Assembly: GCA_964291625.2 (NCBI GenBank) | Contig: OZ220089.1 | Location: forward strand, 2,528,001-2,592,000 | Direction of reading: 5' to 3' | DNA: 64,000 bases | DNA from: Candidatus Latescibacterota bacterium | GTDB taxonomy: Bacteria; Latescibacterota; UBA2968; UBA8231 | Shown here: piece by piece, positions 51,958-61,311 of the stretch | Numbering within the stretch: the stretch's first letter is position 1 | Layout of the letters: each line of letters opens with the position of its first letter | The notes under the pieces: generated by a model | Database searches by the model: none | What the model was told of the DNA's origin: nothing | The model's input: the letters and a program-made list of their open reading frames with translations, nothing else | Made by a program: the position numbers and the translations under genes

Positions 51958-52512
51958 ATGTTCGAGGACGTGTGGAAGCACTTCGACGAGAACGAGCTCA
52001 CCCACTCGGCCGCTCATCACCTGATGTCGGTGCACGAGCTGCGCCAGATGCACGGATACGCCCGCGTCTCCGACATCGCCAAGCACCTGAAGATCACCAA
52101 GGGCAGCGTCTCCTCGGCGATGAAGCACCTCAAGGAGCGCGGCTACATCCAGGAAGATCACAACCGCTTCCTCGAGCTGACCGAGAAGGGGCTGCGCGTC
52201 GTCTGGCAGACGGAAGCCACGCGCATGGTGGTCAAGAAGTTCCTCTCCGACGCTCTGGGCATGGACGAGGACGACGCCGAGATCGACGCCTGCAAGGTGG
52301 AGCACCTGCTCAGCTCCGAGGCCCGGGGACGGCTCGTCGGGTTCCTGCAGTTCATGTTCTCCGAGGATCCCATCGCCTCGGAGTTCCTGACCGTCTTCCG
52401 CGGCGCCCCCTCCGCCAATCACCTGGAGTGCAGGAAGGACGTCGCCAGCTGCCAGTTGTGCGACGAGGTCTGCCTGTTGCAGCCGGAGCTGTCCGTCCTC
52501 CGGGGAAACTGA
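51958..52512 (+). CDS. DtxR/MntR-family metal-dependent regulator with C-terminal Cys cluster
   Basis: ARVSDIA..L.I.K.SVS wHTH, LTEKG, DACKVEH motifs; tail C-x6-C-x2-C-x3-C. Confidence 0.85.
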   Translation: MFEDVWKHFDENELTHSAAHHLMSVHELRQMHGYARVSDIAKHLKITKGSVSSAMKHLKERGYIQEDHNRFLELTEKGLRVVWQTEATRMVVKKFLSDALGMDEDDAEIDACKVEHLLSSEARGRLVGFLQFMFSEDPIASEFLTVFRGAPSANHLECRKDVASCQLCDEVCLLQPELSVLRGN

Positions 52513-52564
52513 TGTCCTCCGCCCACCCCCGACGGGCGGTCCCACCTCGCGTTTCCGGCACAGC

Positions 52565-53542
52565 GTGCTCTTGACCCGCGTCACGGGGTTTCTGCAGCGC
52601 CAGATGCTCCCTGTCGGCCTGGTCCTGGCCGCCGTCGTCGGCCTCGTCTGGCCCGAGCCGGGACGGACGATGGGCCGGCTGCCGACCCAGTACGTGGCGG
52701 TCAGCATCATCTTCGTCTGCGCCGGCCTGCTGCTGCGCACCGACGAGATTCGCGCCGCCCTGAGCGCCTGGAGGGCTACCGCCTGGGGCTCACTCTCCAT
52801 CCTCTTCGTCACCCCTGCCGTGGGCGCCCTGATCGCCTTCCGCACGCCGCTGGAGCCGGCCTACCAGATCGGCCTGGCCCTCTTCTGCTGCATGCCGACC
52901 ACCCTGTCGTCAGGCATCGCCCTGACCAGCCAGGCCCGCGGCAACGTGGCCCTCGCCCTGCTGCTGACGGTGACCACGAATCTGGCCGGCGTCTTCACCA
53001 TCCCCTTTGTGCTCGTCGCCGTCCTCGGGGCCATGGGCCAGGTGGAGCTGTCGGCGACGGACCTCCTCGGCAAGTTGTGCCTGTCGATCCTGGTACCTCT
53101 GGCCGCCGGCCGATGGCTGCGCCGGCCCCTGGGGTCGTGGGCCGACGCCAACCGGGCGCGCATCACCGCTCTGAGCAATCTCGCCCTGATCAGCATCCCG
53201 TGGATGAAGTTCTCCGAGTCATCCGAGAGCCTGGCGGCGGTGGCCATGGGCGGCCTCCTGATGCTGGTCCTCGCGGGGCTGGTCATCCACGGCGTCTACC
53301 TGGCTGTCAACGATGCCTCCACGCGCCTGCTGCGGCTCGACGGACCGGCCCGCAAGGCGGTGGTGCTGATGGCCAGTCAGAAGACCCTGCCCGTAGCCCT
53401 CACCGTCCTCGCCCTGATCCCGGACGAGGCCGTCGGCCCGGGGGTCAAGGGCCTGCTGGCCATCCCCTGCATCACCTCCCACCTCGGTCAGATCTTCGTC
53501 GATGCCTTCATCGCCACCCGGTGGGGCCGCCTGCGGGAGTGA
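52565..53542 (+). CDS. Bile acid:sodium symporter (BASS) family transporter
   Basis: IF...GL.L, PTTLSSG..LT..A.GN, SQKTLPVA and H..Q...D motifs. Confidence 0.88.
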   Translation: MLLTRVTGFLQRQMLPVGLVLAAVVGLVWPEPGRTMGRLPTQYVAVSIIFVCAGLLLRTDEIRAALSAWRATAWGSLSILFVTPAVGALIAFRTPLEPAYQIGLALFCCMPTTLSSGIALTSQARGNVALALLLTVTTNLAGVFTIPFVLVAVLGAMGQVELSATDLLGKLCLSILVPLAAGRWLRRPLGSWADANRARITALSNLALISIPWMKFSESSESLAAVAMGGLLMLVLAGLVIHGVYLAVNDASTRLLRLDGPARKAVVLMASQKTLPVALTVLALIPDEAVGPGVKGLLAIPCITSHLGQIFVDAFIATRWGRLRE

Positions 53543-53552
53543 CGGGGGCACC

Positions 53553-54383
53553 ATGCGCTTCTGGCGGCCCTCGAGCCGGCTCCCCTACCTGGGACGGGTC
53601 CTGTTCCACGACGAGGACGATCACGGTCCCATCGACGTGGTGGAGGAGGAAGACGGCTCGCTGCGGTCCCTGCAGTTCGGCAGCTCGGCCCGGCAGAGCA
53701 CGATGTTGGTGGACCGACCGGAGGAGCTGACGCTGGAGTACACGCGCTGCCTCATGTCGGCCCTGGTCCTGCGCGAAGCCCCGCCCGCGCGGGCCCTGAT
53801 GCTGGGCCTGGGGGGCGGCTCTCTCGTGAAGTTCCTGCTGCGCCACCTGCCCGGCTGCCGGGTCGAAGTGGTGGAGCTGCGCCGGCAGATCGTGGAGGTG
53901 GCGCAGCGCTTCTTCTCCCTTCCCCGGGCCCACGACCGGCTCCGGATCCACGTCACCGACGGCCGCCGCTTCCTCCTCGAGCACACCGGGGAGCCTTACG
54001 ACCTCGTCCTCCTGGACCTGCACACCGGCCAGGGCATGGCGCCGGTCGTCCGGGAGGAGGACTTCCTTCCCGCCTGCCGCCGGGCAACGGCCGACGGCGG
54101 CGTGTTCTCGGCGAACCTGTGGTACGGCTTCGACAGGGATCTGCAGGACCGCGTCCACCGGCTCCTGCATTCCTCCTTCGACCGGGTCCTGAGTCTGCCG
54201 GTGCCGGGCCGCAGCAACCACGTCGCCCATGGACTGGTGGGCGGGCGGGTGCCCGCGGCCGGGACACTGGAGCACCGGGCCAGGGTCTGGCAGAGGCGGG
54301 CGGGGTTGCCAATGCCCGAGCTGACCCGGCTGCTGATCCGCCACAACGGAATCGAGTCGAGCCGGGAAGGGGGAGAGAAGTGA
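53553..54383 (+). CDS. Spermidine synthase-like SAM-dependent protein
   Basis: R.L.F....QS.M....P..L.LEYTR, LGLGGGSL, VEL, DG..F and YDLVLLD motifs. Confidence 0.82.
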   Translation: MRFWRPSSRLPYLGRVLFHDEDDHGPIDVVEEEDGSLRSLQFGSSARQSTMLVDRPEELTLEYTRCLMSALVLREAPPARALMLGLGGGSLVKFLLRHLPGCRVEVVELRRQIVEVAQRFFSLPRAHDRLRIHVTDGRRFLLEHTGEPYDLVLLDLHTGQGMAPVVREEDFLPACRRATADGGVFSANLWYGFDRDLQDRVHRLLHSSFDRVLSLPVPGRSNHVAHGLVGGRVPAAGTLEHRARVWQRRAGLPMPELTRLLIRHNGIESSREGGEK

Positions 54384-56356
54384 CGACGGTGAACGAGAAG
54401 ACCGGGCTGCGGGCGGGCGCGATACGGTCAATGCCTCTCGTGCTTCTGCTGGCGGTGCCCGGTGAGGGCCTGCAGGTCGACGGCTTCACCAGCGAGGCGG
54501 TCGAGGAGGCTGTGCTCTCAGCGTCGGATGGGGACACCCTGCTCTTCCCGGCGGGCGAGTACGTCTTCACCGGGACAGTCGCGATCGACCGGAGCCTGAC
54601 CCTTCGCGGAGCGGCGCAGCTGATGGATGTGGGCGTGGTCGAGCCGGGAGAGCCGAACGACCCGCCGTACTGGGAGGGTACTCCCTCCGTGTGCCTGACC
54701 AGAGACCCCGACCTCGTGCTCTTCCAGGTGGAGAGCGACGGCGTGACCTTCGAGCGCCTGAAGCTGGTGGGAGCGATCACCCATGAGGAGGGCAGCGGAG
54801 ACGGCATCACCGTCCTGGATCACGACCGGCTCGTGGTGCGAAACTGCGAGATCACCCGTTTCCGCCAGGGCGTCGCCTTCAGGAACTCCCGCCGGAGCGT
54901 GGTGACCGGCAGCTACCTGCACGAGAACTACCGCAACGGCTTCGGCTACGGGGTCAGCATCACCGGTCCGGTGATGGCCACGGGCGGTTCCGAGGTGTCG
55001 ATCCACCGCAACGAGTTCACCTTCAACCGCCACTCGATCGCCTCCAACAGTCCCGAGACGCGCTTTACGGTGGAGAGCAACTACTTCCACGACAACGACC
55101 TGGTGGAGTGGCAGGCGTGTGTCGATACCCACGCCCAGGGCGGCTACACCATTCGGGCGGTGGTGCGCGACAACATCTTCGAGCGCACCCGGCCCATGGC
55201 CTTCAAGAGCGGCAGCCTGGAGATCACGGGCAACTACTTCGACCCCGGCTGCGGCGACTACTCGGTGGGCGGGTACTCCCGCATGCTCGATTTCAGCATC
55301 CCCACCCACAACGGGGAGTTCGTCCCCCAGGCGATCCTCCACGACATCTACATCGCCGACAACGTGAACGCCACGGACCCGTGGCGCCGGCTGCTCTGGG
55401 TCGACGACTGGGACTACGAGGGGGAGACGAAGTTCGTGGCCTACAACGTCTTCGTCGACGGCCGGCTCTTCAGGCACAACAGCGCCCTGAGCTCGGCACC
55501 CTGGCACCCCTTCCCCGACTCGAGCGCCAGCCCCTTCGTGGGACATGTGTACGTCACCCTTCCGGACTCGGAAGAGCGCGTCCGCCGCATCGAGGCCGGC
55601 CCCTGGTACGACCTGCACGCCCTGGCTGTGGACCCGCAGGGCTGGGAGGACATCGTCGAGATCGGGGTGCAGATCGCCCGAACCCGGAGCCTCCCTCCCG
55701 ACCCGGAGGACCGCCTCCGGCAGCAGGACTTCTCGGCCGTGGAGAGCTACTTCATCCGCGGCACCGGGAGTTCCCTGCACTCGCGGGAGACCGAGGGCTC
55801 ACCCGACTGGAGCGACGTCACCGGAGTCGAGGGGTCCTACGTCGATGGCGCTTCGAGCAAGTGGTCCGGCCGCGGCAGCCACCGCGTTCGCCTGAGGACC
55901 AGATTCCGCCTGTCGGACCAGGCCTTCGGCGGAACCTGGCGGATCTTCGGATACGCACGCGACCAGGACGGGAATCTGCCGGTGGCGCCCTGGCACGAGC
56001 AGCTGGAGGGCTGGCCCATCGAGGTGGAGGGTGCGCCCGAAGTGGCGACGTCGATCACCGGCCCGGGGGGCGGCCATGGTACTGCGCCCCGAGGGGCCAC
56101 GCTCGACGAGATCTACCCCAATCCCTTCAACCCCGCGGCCACGATCCGCTTCAACCTTCCCGCGCCGCAGCAGGTCACTCTGTCGATCTACACACTCAAC
56201 GGACAGCTCGCCGAAACCCTGCTCAGGGGGCCCAGGGGCGCCGGCAGCCATTCCGTCAGATGGGACGCTTCCGGACGGGCCTCGGGGATCTACCTTTGCC
56301 GGTTGGAGGCGGAGGGCGGGGTCTCCCGGGTGAGGAAGATGGTCCTGGTCAGGTGA
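54380..56356 (+). CDS. Secreted right-handed beta-helix protein with C-terminal FlgD-Ig/T9SS type A-like domain, copy 1
   Basis: Hydrophobic leader; A..GDTL.FP.G.Y; Asn-ladder repeats (RNCEI, HRNEF, ESNYF, RDNIF, TGNYF); IYPNPFNP...WDASGRASGIY.CRL...RKMVLVR. Confidence 0.85.
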   Translation: MTTVNEKTGLRAGAIRSMPLVLLLAVPGEGLQVDGFTSEAVEEAVLSASDGDTLLFPAGEYVFTGTVAIDRSLTLRGAAQLMDVGVVEPGEPNDPPYWEGTPSVCLTRDPDLVLFQVESDGVTFERLKLVGAITHEEGSGDGITVLDHDRLVVRNCEITRFRQGVAFRNSRRSVVTGSYLHENYRNGFGYGVSITGPVMATGGSEVSIHRNEFTFNRHSIASNSPETRFTVESNYFHDNDLVEWQACVDTHAQGGYTIRAVVRDNIFERTRPMAFKSGSLEITGNYFDPGCGDYSVGGYSRMLDFSIPTHNGEFVPQAILHDIYIADNVNATDPWRRLLWVDDWDYEGETKFVAYNVFVDGRLFRHNSALSSAPWHPFPDSSASPFVGHVYVTLPDSEERVRRIEAGPWYDLHALAVDPQGWEDIVEIGVQIARTRSLPPDPEDRLRQQDFSAVESYFIRGTGSSLHSRETEGSPDWSDVTGVEGSYVDGASSKWSGRGSHRVRLRTRFRLSDQAFGGTWRIFGYARDQDGNLPVAPWHEQLEGWPIEVEGAPEVATSITGPGGGHGTAPRGATLDEIYPNPFNPAATIRFNLPAPQQVTLSIYTLNGQLAETLLRGPRGAGSHSVRWDASGRASGIYLCRLEAEGGVSRVRKMVLVR

Positions 56357-56429
56357 GCCCCTGACTACGGGTCGACCCGCGGCCGACCCGCCGCAAAGCG
56401 GGCTGGCGGCCAGCAGCGAGGAGAGAGTC

Positions 56430-58408
56430 ATGACTCCGAAGGGGAGGATCGAAACGAAGGCCGGGGCGCAGGCGGTGCGCGTGCTGCCCCTCCTGCTCCT
56501 GCTCGCGGGGCCCGCCCCGGGCCTGCAGGTCGAGGGCTTCACCAGCGACGCGGTTCAGGAGGCCGTGAACGCGGCTTCTGCCGGGGACACCCTGTTCTTT
56601 CCGCCGGGGGAGTACGCCTTCACCGGGACGGTCGTCATCGACCGGAGCCTGACCCTCCGCGGAGCCGCCGAGCTCCTGGACGTGGGCGTGGTCGAGCCGG
56701 GCGAGCCGAACGACCCGCCGTACTGGAGCGGCCCTGCCTCCGTGTGCCTGACGGAAGACCCGGACCTGCGCCTCTTCCGGGTGGAGAGCGACGACGTGAC
56801 CTTCGAGCGCCTGAAGCTGGCGGGAGTGGTCACCCACGAGACGGGGACCTGCGAGGGAATCTCGGTCCATGGGCATGACCGGCTCGTGGTGCGCAACTGC
56901 GAGATCACCCGCTTCCTCCGGGGAATCGACCTCAGGAACTCGCGGCGGAGCGTCGTCACCGGGAGCTACCTGCACGAGAACTACCGCAACGGCTACGGCT
57001 ACGGGGTCGCCATCTCCGGGCCGACCATGGAGTCCGGCGGTTCCGAGGTCTCCATCTACCGCAACGAGTTCACCCTCAACCGTCACGGCATCGCCTCCAA
57101 CAGCCCCCAAACGCGCTTCACGGTGGAGGACAACTACTTCCACGACAACGATCTGGTGCAGGGGCAGGCGTGTGTCGACATCCACCCCCAGGGCGGCTAC
57201 ACCATTCGCGCCGTGGTGCGCGACAACATCTTCGAGCGCACCACGCCGATGGGCTTCAAGAGCGGCAGCATCGAGATCACGGGCAACTACATCGACCCCG
57301 GCTGCGGCGACTACGAGGTGGGCGGGTACTCGCGCATGCTCGACTTCGGACCGCCCACGCACAACGGCAACTTCATCCCCCAGGCGATCCTCCACGACAT
57401 CTACATCGCCGACAACGTGAACGACACCGATCCCTGGCGCCGGCTGCTGTGGATCTACGACTGGGAGTACGAGGGCGAGACCCGGTTCGTGGCCTACAAC
57501 GTCTTCGTCGACGGCCGGCTCTTCAAGCACAACAGCGCCATGGACAACGCGCCCTGGCACCCTACCCCGGCGAGAGCCCCAGACCCTTCGTCGGACAGAT
57601 CTACGTCACCCTCGCCGACTCCGACGAGCGGGTCCGCCGCATCGAGGCCGGCCCCTGGTACGACCTGCACGCCCTGGCCGTGGACCCCCAGGGCTGGAGG
57701 GACATCGCCGAGATCGGCGTGCAGATCGCCCGCACCCGGAGCCTGCCCGGGAATCGGGAGGACCGCCTCCAGCAGCAGGATTTCTCCGCCGCAGAGAGCT
57801 ACTTCATCCGCGGTACCAGGGACTCCCTCCACTCCCGGGAGACCGAGGGGTCGCCCCACTGGAGCGATGTCACCGGCGCAGAGGGATCCTACGTCGACGG
57901 CGCCGCGAGCAAGTGGTCGGGCCGCGGCCTCCACCGCGTTCGTCTGAGGGCGCGGTTCCGGCTGTCGGAGCGGGCCGTCGGCGGAACCTGGCGGATCTTC
58001 GGCTACGCAAGGGACCAGGACGGCAACCTGCCGATCCCGGCCTGGCACGAGCAACTCGAGGGCTGGCCCATCGAGGTGGAGGGCCTGGAGGAGGGGCCCG
58101 CGACGTCGGTCGCTACCCCCGCCGCGCAAGGGGCTGCACCGGTGTGGGCGAAGCTGGACGAGATCTACCCCAATCCGTTCAACCCGGCCGCCACCATCCG
58201 CTTCACCCTCGCCGAGCCGCGGAAGGTCACGCTGTCGATCCACGCCCTCAACGGGCAACTCGCCGAGGTCCTGTTCAGCGGGCCCAGGAGGGCCGGCAGC
58301 CACTCCCTTCGCTGGGACGCTTCCGGGCGGGCTTCGGGGCTGTACCTGTGCCGCCTGGAGGCGGAGGGACAGGTCTCGCAGGTGAGGAAGATGGTTCTGG
58401 TGCGGTGA
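56430..58408 (+). CDS. Secreted beta-helix protein, copy 2 (tandem paralog; 1-nt frameshift at 57560-57562)
   Basis: ORFs 56430..57947 and 57170..58408 join if one C is added (WHPYPGESPRPFV versus copy 1 WHPFPDSSASPFV); collinear with copy 1. Confidence 0.82.
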
Positions 58409-58421
58409 GCGGCGGAAGCGT

Positions 58422-61292
58422 TCAGCCGGCGGCGGCCGGGTCGCCGTTGCGGCCGTTGGCCCCGGGGGCCGGGACCTTCTTGAGCCGCACGGCGCAGACC
58501 TTGTACTCCGGGCAGCCCGTGTACTCGTCCTTGCCCTCGCCGGTGAGGAGGTTCGTCCTCGACTCGGGGAAGTGGAAGGTCATGAAGACCGTCCCCCGGT
58601 TCGAGGCCCGCGTCACCTCGGCGTGCACCGTCACCGCCCCGCGGCGCGACTCCACCTCCACGAGGTCGCCGGTCCGCAGGCCGAGCCGCCGGGCGTCGCC
58701 GGGGTGGATCCGCAGGGTCTCCTCGGCGGCCTTGTTCAGCTTCGAAAGGTCGGTGCGGCGGGTCATCGTCCCCACGTTGTAGTGGAAGAGCTGGCGGCCC
58801 GTGGTCAGCATCCACGGGTAGTCGTCGTCGGGCAGCTCCGCGGGGGGCTGCCAGGGCGTGGGCGTGAGGCGCGCCCGGCCGCGCAGGAAGGCGCCGTCTC
58901 GATGGACGATGTCGCTGCCCGGGTCGTCGGCGTCGACGCAGGGCCACTGCAGGAACCCCTTCTCTTCCAGGCGGGCGTAGCTGACGCCCCGCCACAGCGG
59001 GCTCAGGCCGGCCACCTCGTCCATCACCTTCGAGGGATCGACGCGGCCCTCGGCGTCGGCGAAGCCGAGGTCGACTCCCATGCGCCGGCCGATCTCGTGG
59101 ACGACATCGCCGTCGACGCGCACCCCCTCCAGCGGCTCGATGGCGGGGCGCACCCGCTGGATGCGGCGGTCGGAGTTGACGAAGGTGCCCGACTTCTCGA
59201 GGAAGGTCGTGCCCGGCAGCACCACGTCGGCCAGCTCGGCGGTGGGGGTCATGAAGATCTCCTGCACCACCAGGAAGTCGAGGCTCTCCAGGGCCCCCAC
59301 CACGTGGGTCGTGTCGGGGTCGGACTGGGCCACGTCCTCGGCGAGGATGTACATCGCCTTGAGGGTCCCGGCGTGGGCGGCGTCGAACATGTCGGGGATG
59401 CGCAGGCCGGTGTTGTCGGGCGGCTCCACCCCCCAGATCTCGGCGTGCTCGGCGCGCGCCACCGGGTCGGTGACCGGCCGGTAGTCGGAGAACACGTTCG
59501 GCAGGGCCCCCACGTCCGAGGCGCCCTGCACGTTGTTCTGCCCGCGGATCGGGCAGGCGCCGGTTCCCGGCCGGCCGATGTTGCCGGTCATGACCGCCAT
59601 GTTGATCATGCCGAAGACGGCGTTGGAGCCGTGCCCCGCCTCGGTGACCCCCAGCCCCCACAGGATCTGCGAGGCCTGGCCGGAGGCGTAGAGCCGGGCC
59701 GCCCGGCGGATCAGGTCCGGGTCGATGGCGGCGATCTCCGCCGCCCACTCGGGGGTGCACCCGGCCACCGTGGACCGCACCTCCTCGAGCCCCTCGGCGC
59801 AGCGGCCGATGAACTCGGGGTCGATGAGGTCCTCCTCGATGAGCACGTGCTGCAGGGCGTTGATGACGGCCACGTTCGAGCCCGGCCTCACCGGCAGGTG
59901 CAGGTCGGCCAGGCGCGCGATCTCGGTGTTGCGGGGATCGAGGACGATGAGCCTGCAGCCGGCGAGCACGGCCTGCTTGATGCGGGCGCCGAAGACGGGG
60001 TGCGCCTCGGTCGGGTTGGCGCCGACGATGACCAGCACGTCCGAGTCGGCCACGTCCTGGAAGCTGTTGGTGCCGGCGCCGGTTCCGAGGGCCTGGCCGA
60101 GGGCGTAGGACGACGGCGAGTGGCAGACGCGCGAGCAGTTGTCGATGGAGTTGGTCCCCAGCCCGACCCGGGCCAGCTTCTGCATCAGGTAGTTCTCCTC
60201 GTTGGTGCAGCGCGACGAGGAGATGAGGGCCACCGCGTCGGGGCCGTGCTCGCGGGCGATGCCGCCGAGCCTGGAGGCGACCAGGTCGAGGGCCTCCTCC
60301 CAGCCGGCCTCGCGGAAGCCGCCGTTCTCGCGGATCAGGGGCGTCCGCAGGCGGTCGTCGGAGTGGGCGAACTGGTGGGCGAAGCGGCCCTTCACGCAGG
60401 TGTGGCCGAGGTTGGCGGACCCGGACTTCGAGGGTGTGATGTTGACCACCTGGCCGTCCTTGGTGTGCACGTCCAGGGCGCAGCCGACGCCGCAGTAGGA
60501 GCAGGTGGTGGTCGTCGTCTCGTCGGGCAGCCCGAAGCCGCGCGTGCCGGGCTCCTCGAGGGCGGCCACGGGACACTCGAAGACGCACTGGCCGCAACTG
60601 ACGCAGTCGGCCTCCTCGAAGCCGGTGTCGTTGCCGGCGATCACCTTGGTGTCGTAGCCGCGGCCCGACATCTGCAGGATGAAGGAGCCCTGCACCTCGT
60701 CGCAGGCGCGCACGCACCGGGCGCAGCCGATGCACTTGTCCATCTCTAGCTTGATGAAGGGATGGGAGTCGTCCGGCTCCGGGTCGTGGGTGCGGGGGTT
60801 CTCGTAGCGCGGCGTGCGCAGGCCGACCTGCTGGGCCAGGGTCTGCAGCTCGCAGCGGCCGTTGGCCGTGCAGTCGAGGCACTCCAGGGGGTGGTCGGAG
60901 ACGATCAGCTCGGTGATGTTGCGGCGCAGACGGGTGATCAGCGGCGAGGAGGTGCGGTAGCTGGCGCCGTCGGCGACCGGCGTGTGGCAGGCGGCCACGG
61001 GCTTGCGGCCCTCGTGCTCCACGAGGCAGGTCCGGCAGGCGCCGTAGGGCTTCATGCGGTCGGAGTAGCACAGGGTGGGGACCGACTTGCCCAGGGCCTG
61101 GATCGCCTCGAGGACAGTGCTGCCCTCGTCGACACGCAGCGACTGCCCGTCGATGGTCACGGAGAGCCGCGCCGGCCTTGGCTCGACCGCTTTCGCCCGT
61201 TCTGCGAGGATCGCCTGCCCGACCTCGACGGGGCTCCTCGTGTCCTGCTCCAGCACGGAGTTGTGAACGGAACCACCCGAAACTGTCGACAT
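58422..61292 (-). CDS. NAD-dependent formate dehydrogenase alpha subunit (FdsA/FdhF-like, Cys type)
   Basis: N-terminal 2Fe-2S/4Fe-4S motifs, CSYCGVGC, NCSRVCH (Cys ligand), RGQNNVQG and molybdopterin C-terminal domain. Confidence 0.93.
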   Translation of the reverse strand: MSTVSGGSVHNSVLEQDTRSPVEVGQAILAERAKAVEPRPARLSVTIDGQSLRVDEGSTVLEAIQALGKSVPTLCYSDRMKPYGACRTCLVEHEGRKPVAACHTPVADGASYRTSSPLITRLRRNITELIVSDHPLECLDCTANGRCELQTLAQQVGLRTPRYENPRTHDPEPDDSHPFIKLEMDKCIGCARCVRACDEVQGSFILQMSGRGYDTKVIAGNDTGFEEADCVSCGQCVFECPVAALEEPGTRGFGLPDETTTTTCSYCGVGCALDVHTKDGQVVNITPSKSGSANLGHTCVKGRFAHQFAHSDDRLRTPLIRENGGFREAGWEEALDLVASRLGGIAREHGPDAVALISSSRCTNEENYLMQKLARVGLGTNSIDNCSRVCHSPSSYALGQALGTGAGTNSFQDVADSDVLVIVGANPTEAHPVFGARIKQAVLAGCRLIVLDPRNTEIARLADLHLPVRPGSNVAVINALQHVLIEEDLIDPEFIGRCAEGLEEVRSTVAGCTPEWAAEIAAIDPDLIRRAARLYASGQASQILWGLGVTEAGHGSNAVFGMINMAVMTGNIGRPGTGACPIRGQNNVQGASDVGALPNVFSDYRPVTDPVARAEHAEIWGVEPPDNTGLRIPDMFDAAHAGTLKAMYILAEDVAQSDPDTTHVVGALESLDFLVVQEIFMTPTAELADVVLPGTTFLEKSGTFVNSDRRIQRVRPAIEPLEGVRVDGDVVHEIGRRMGVDLGFADAEGRVDPSKVMDEVAGLSPLWRGVSYARLEEKGFLQWPCVDADDPGSDIVHRDGAFLRGRARLTPTPWQPPAELPDDDYPWMLTTGRQLFHYNVGTMTRRTDLSKLNKAAEETLRIHPGDARRLGLRTGDLVEVESRRGAVTVHAEVTRASNRGTVFMTFHFPESRTNLLTGEGKDEYTGCPEYKVCAVRLKKVPAPGANGRNGDPAAAG

Positions 61293-61311
61293 CGCTTGCC
61301 TGCCTCTGTTG

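Larger units (their letters stand above)
54380..58408 (+). repeat. Tandem ~2 kb gene duplication
   Basis: Long identical nucleotide tracts shared by both copies, e.g. GGCGATCCTCCACGACATCTACATCGCCGACAACGTGAAC. Confidence 0.9.

Noticed and set aside
56357-56429. Short hairpins between the two beta-helix genes as a riboswitch or terminator
   Set aside because: These are small GC stems without a U-tract or recognisable aptamer, and cannot be distinguished from chance at this GC content.
60118-60140. Selenocysteine in formate dehydrogenase
   Set aside because: The active-site codon is TGC (Cys) in NCSRVCH, with no in-frame TGA.
58165-61071. Very long alternative-frame and antisense ORFs (e.g. 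58165..61071, 58572..60749, 30698..32650, 6203..8035, 48658..50655, 5' part of 28353..32396)
   Set aside because: They overlap well-supported genes and translate to Arg/Pro/Gly-rich or mirror-frame sequence. These are shadow ORFs expected at high GC3.
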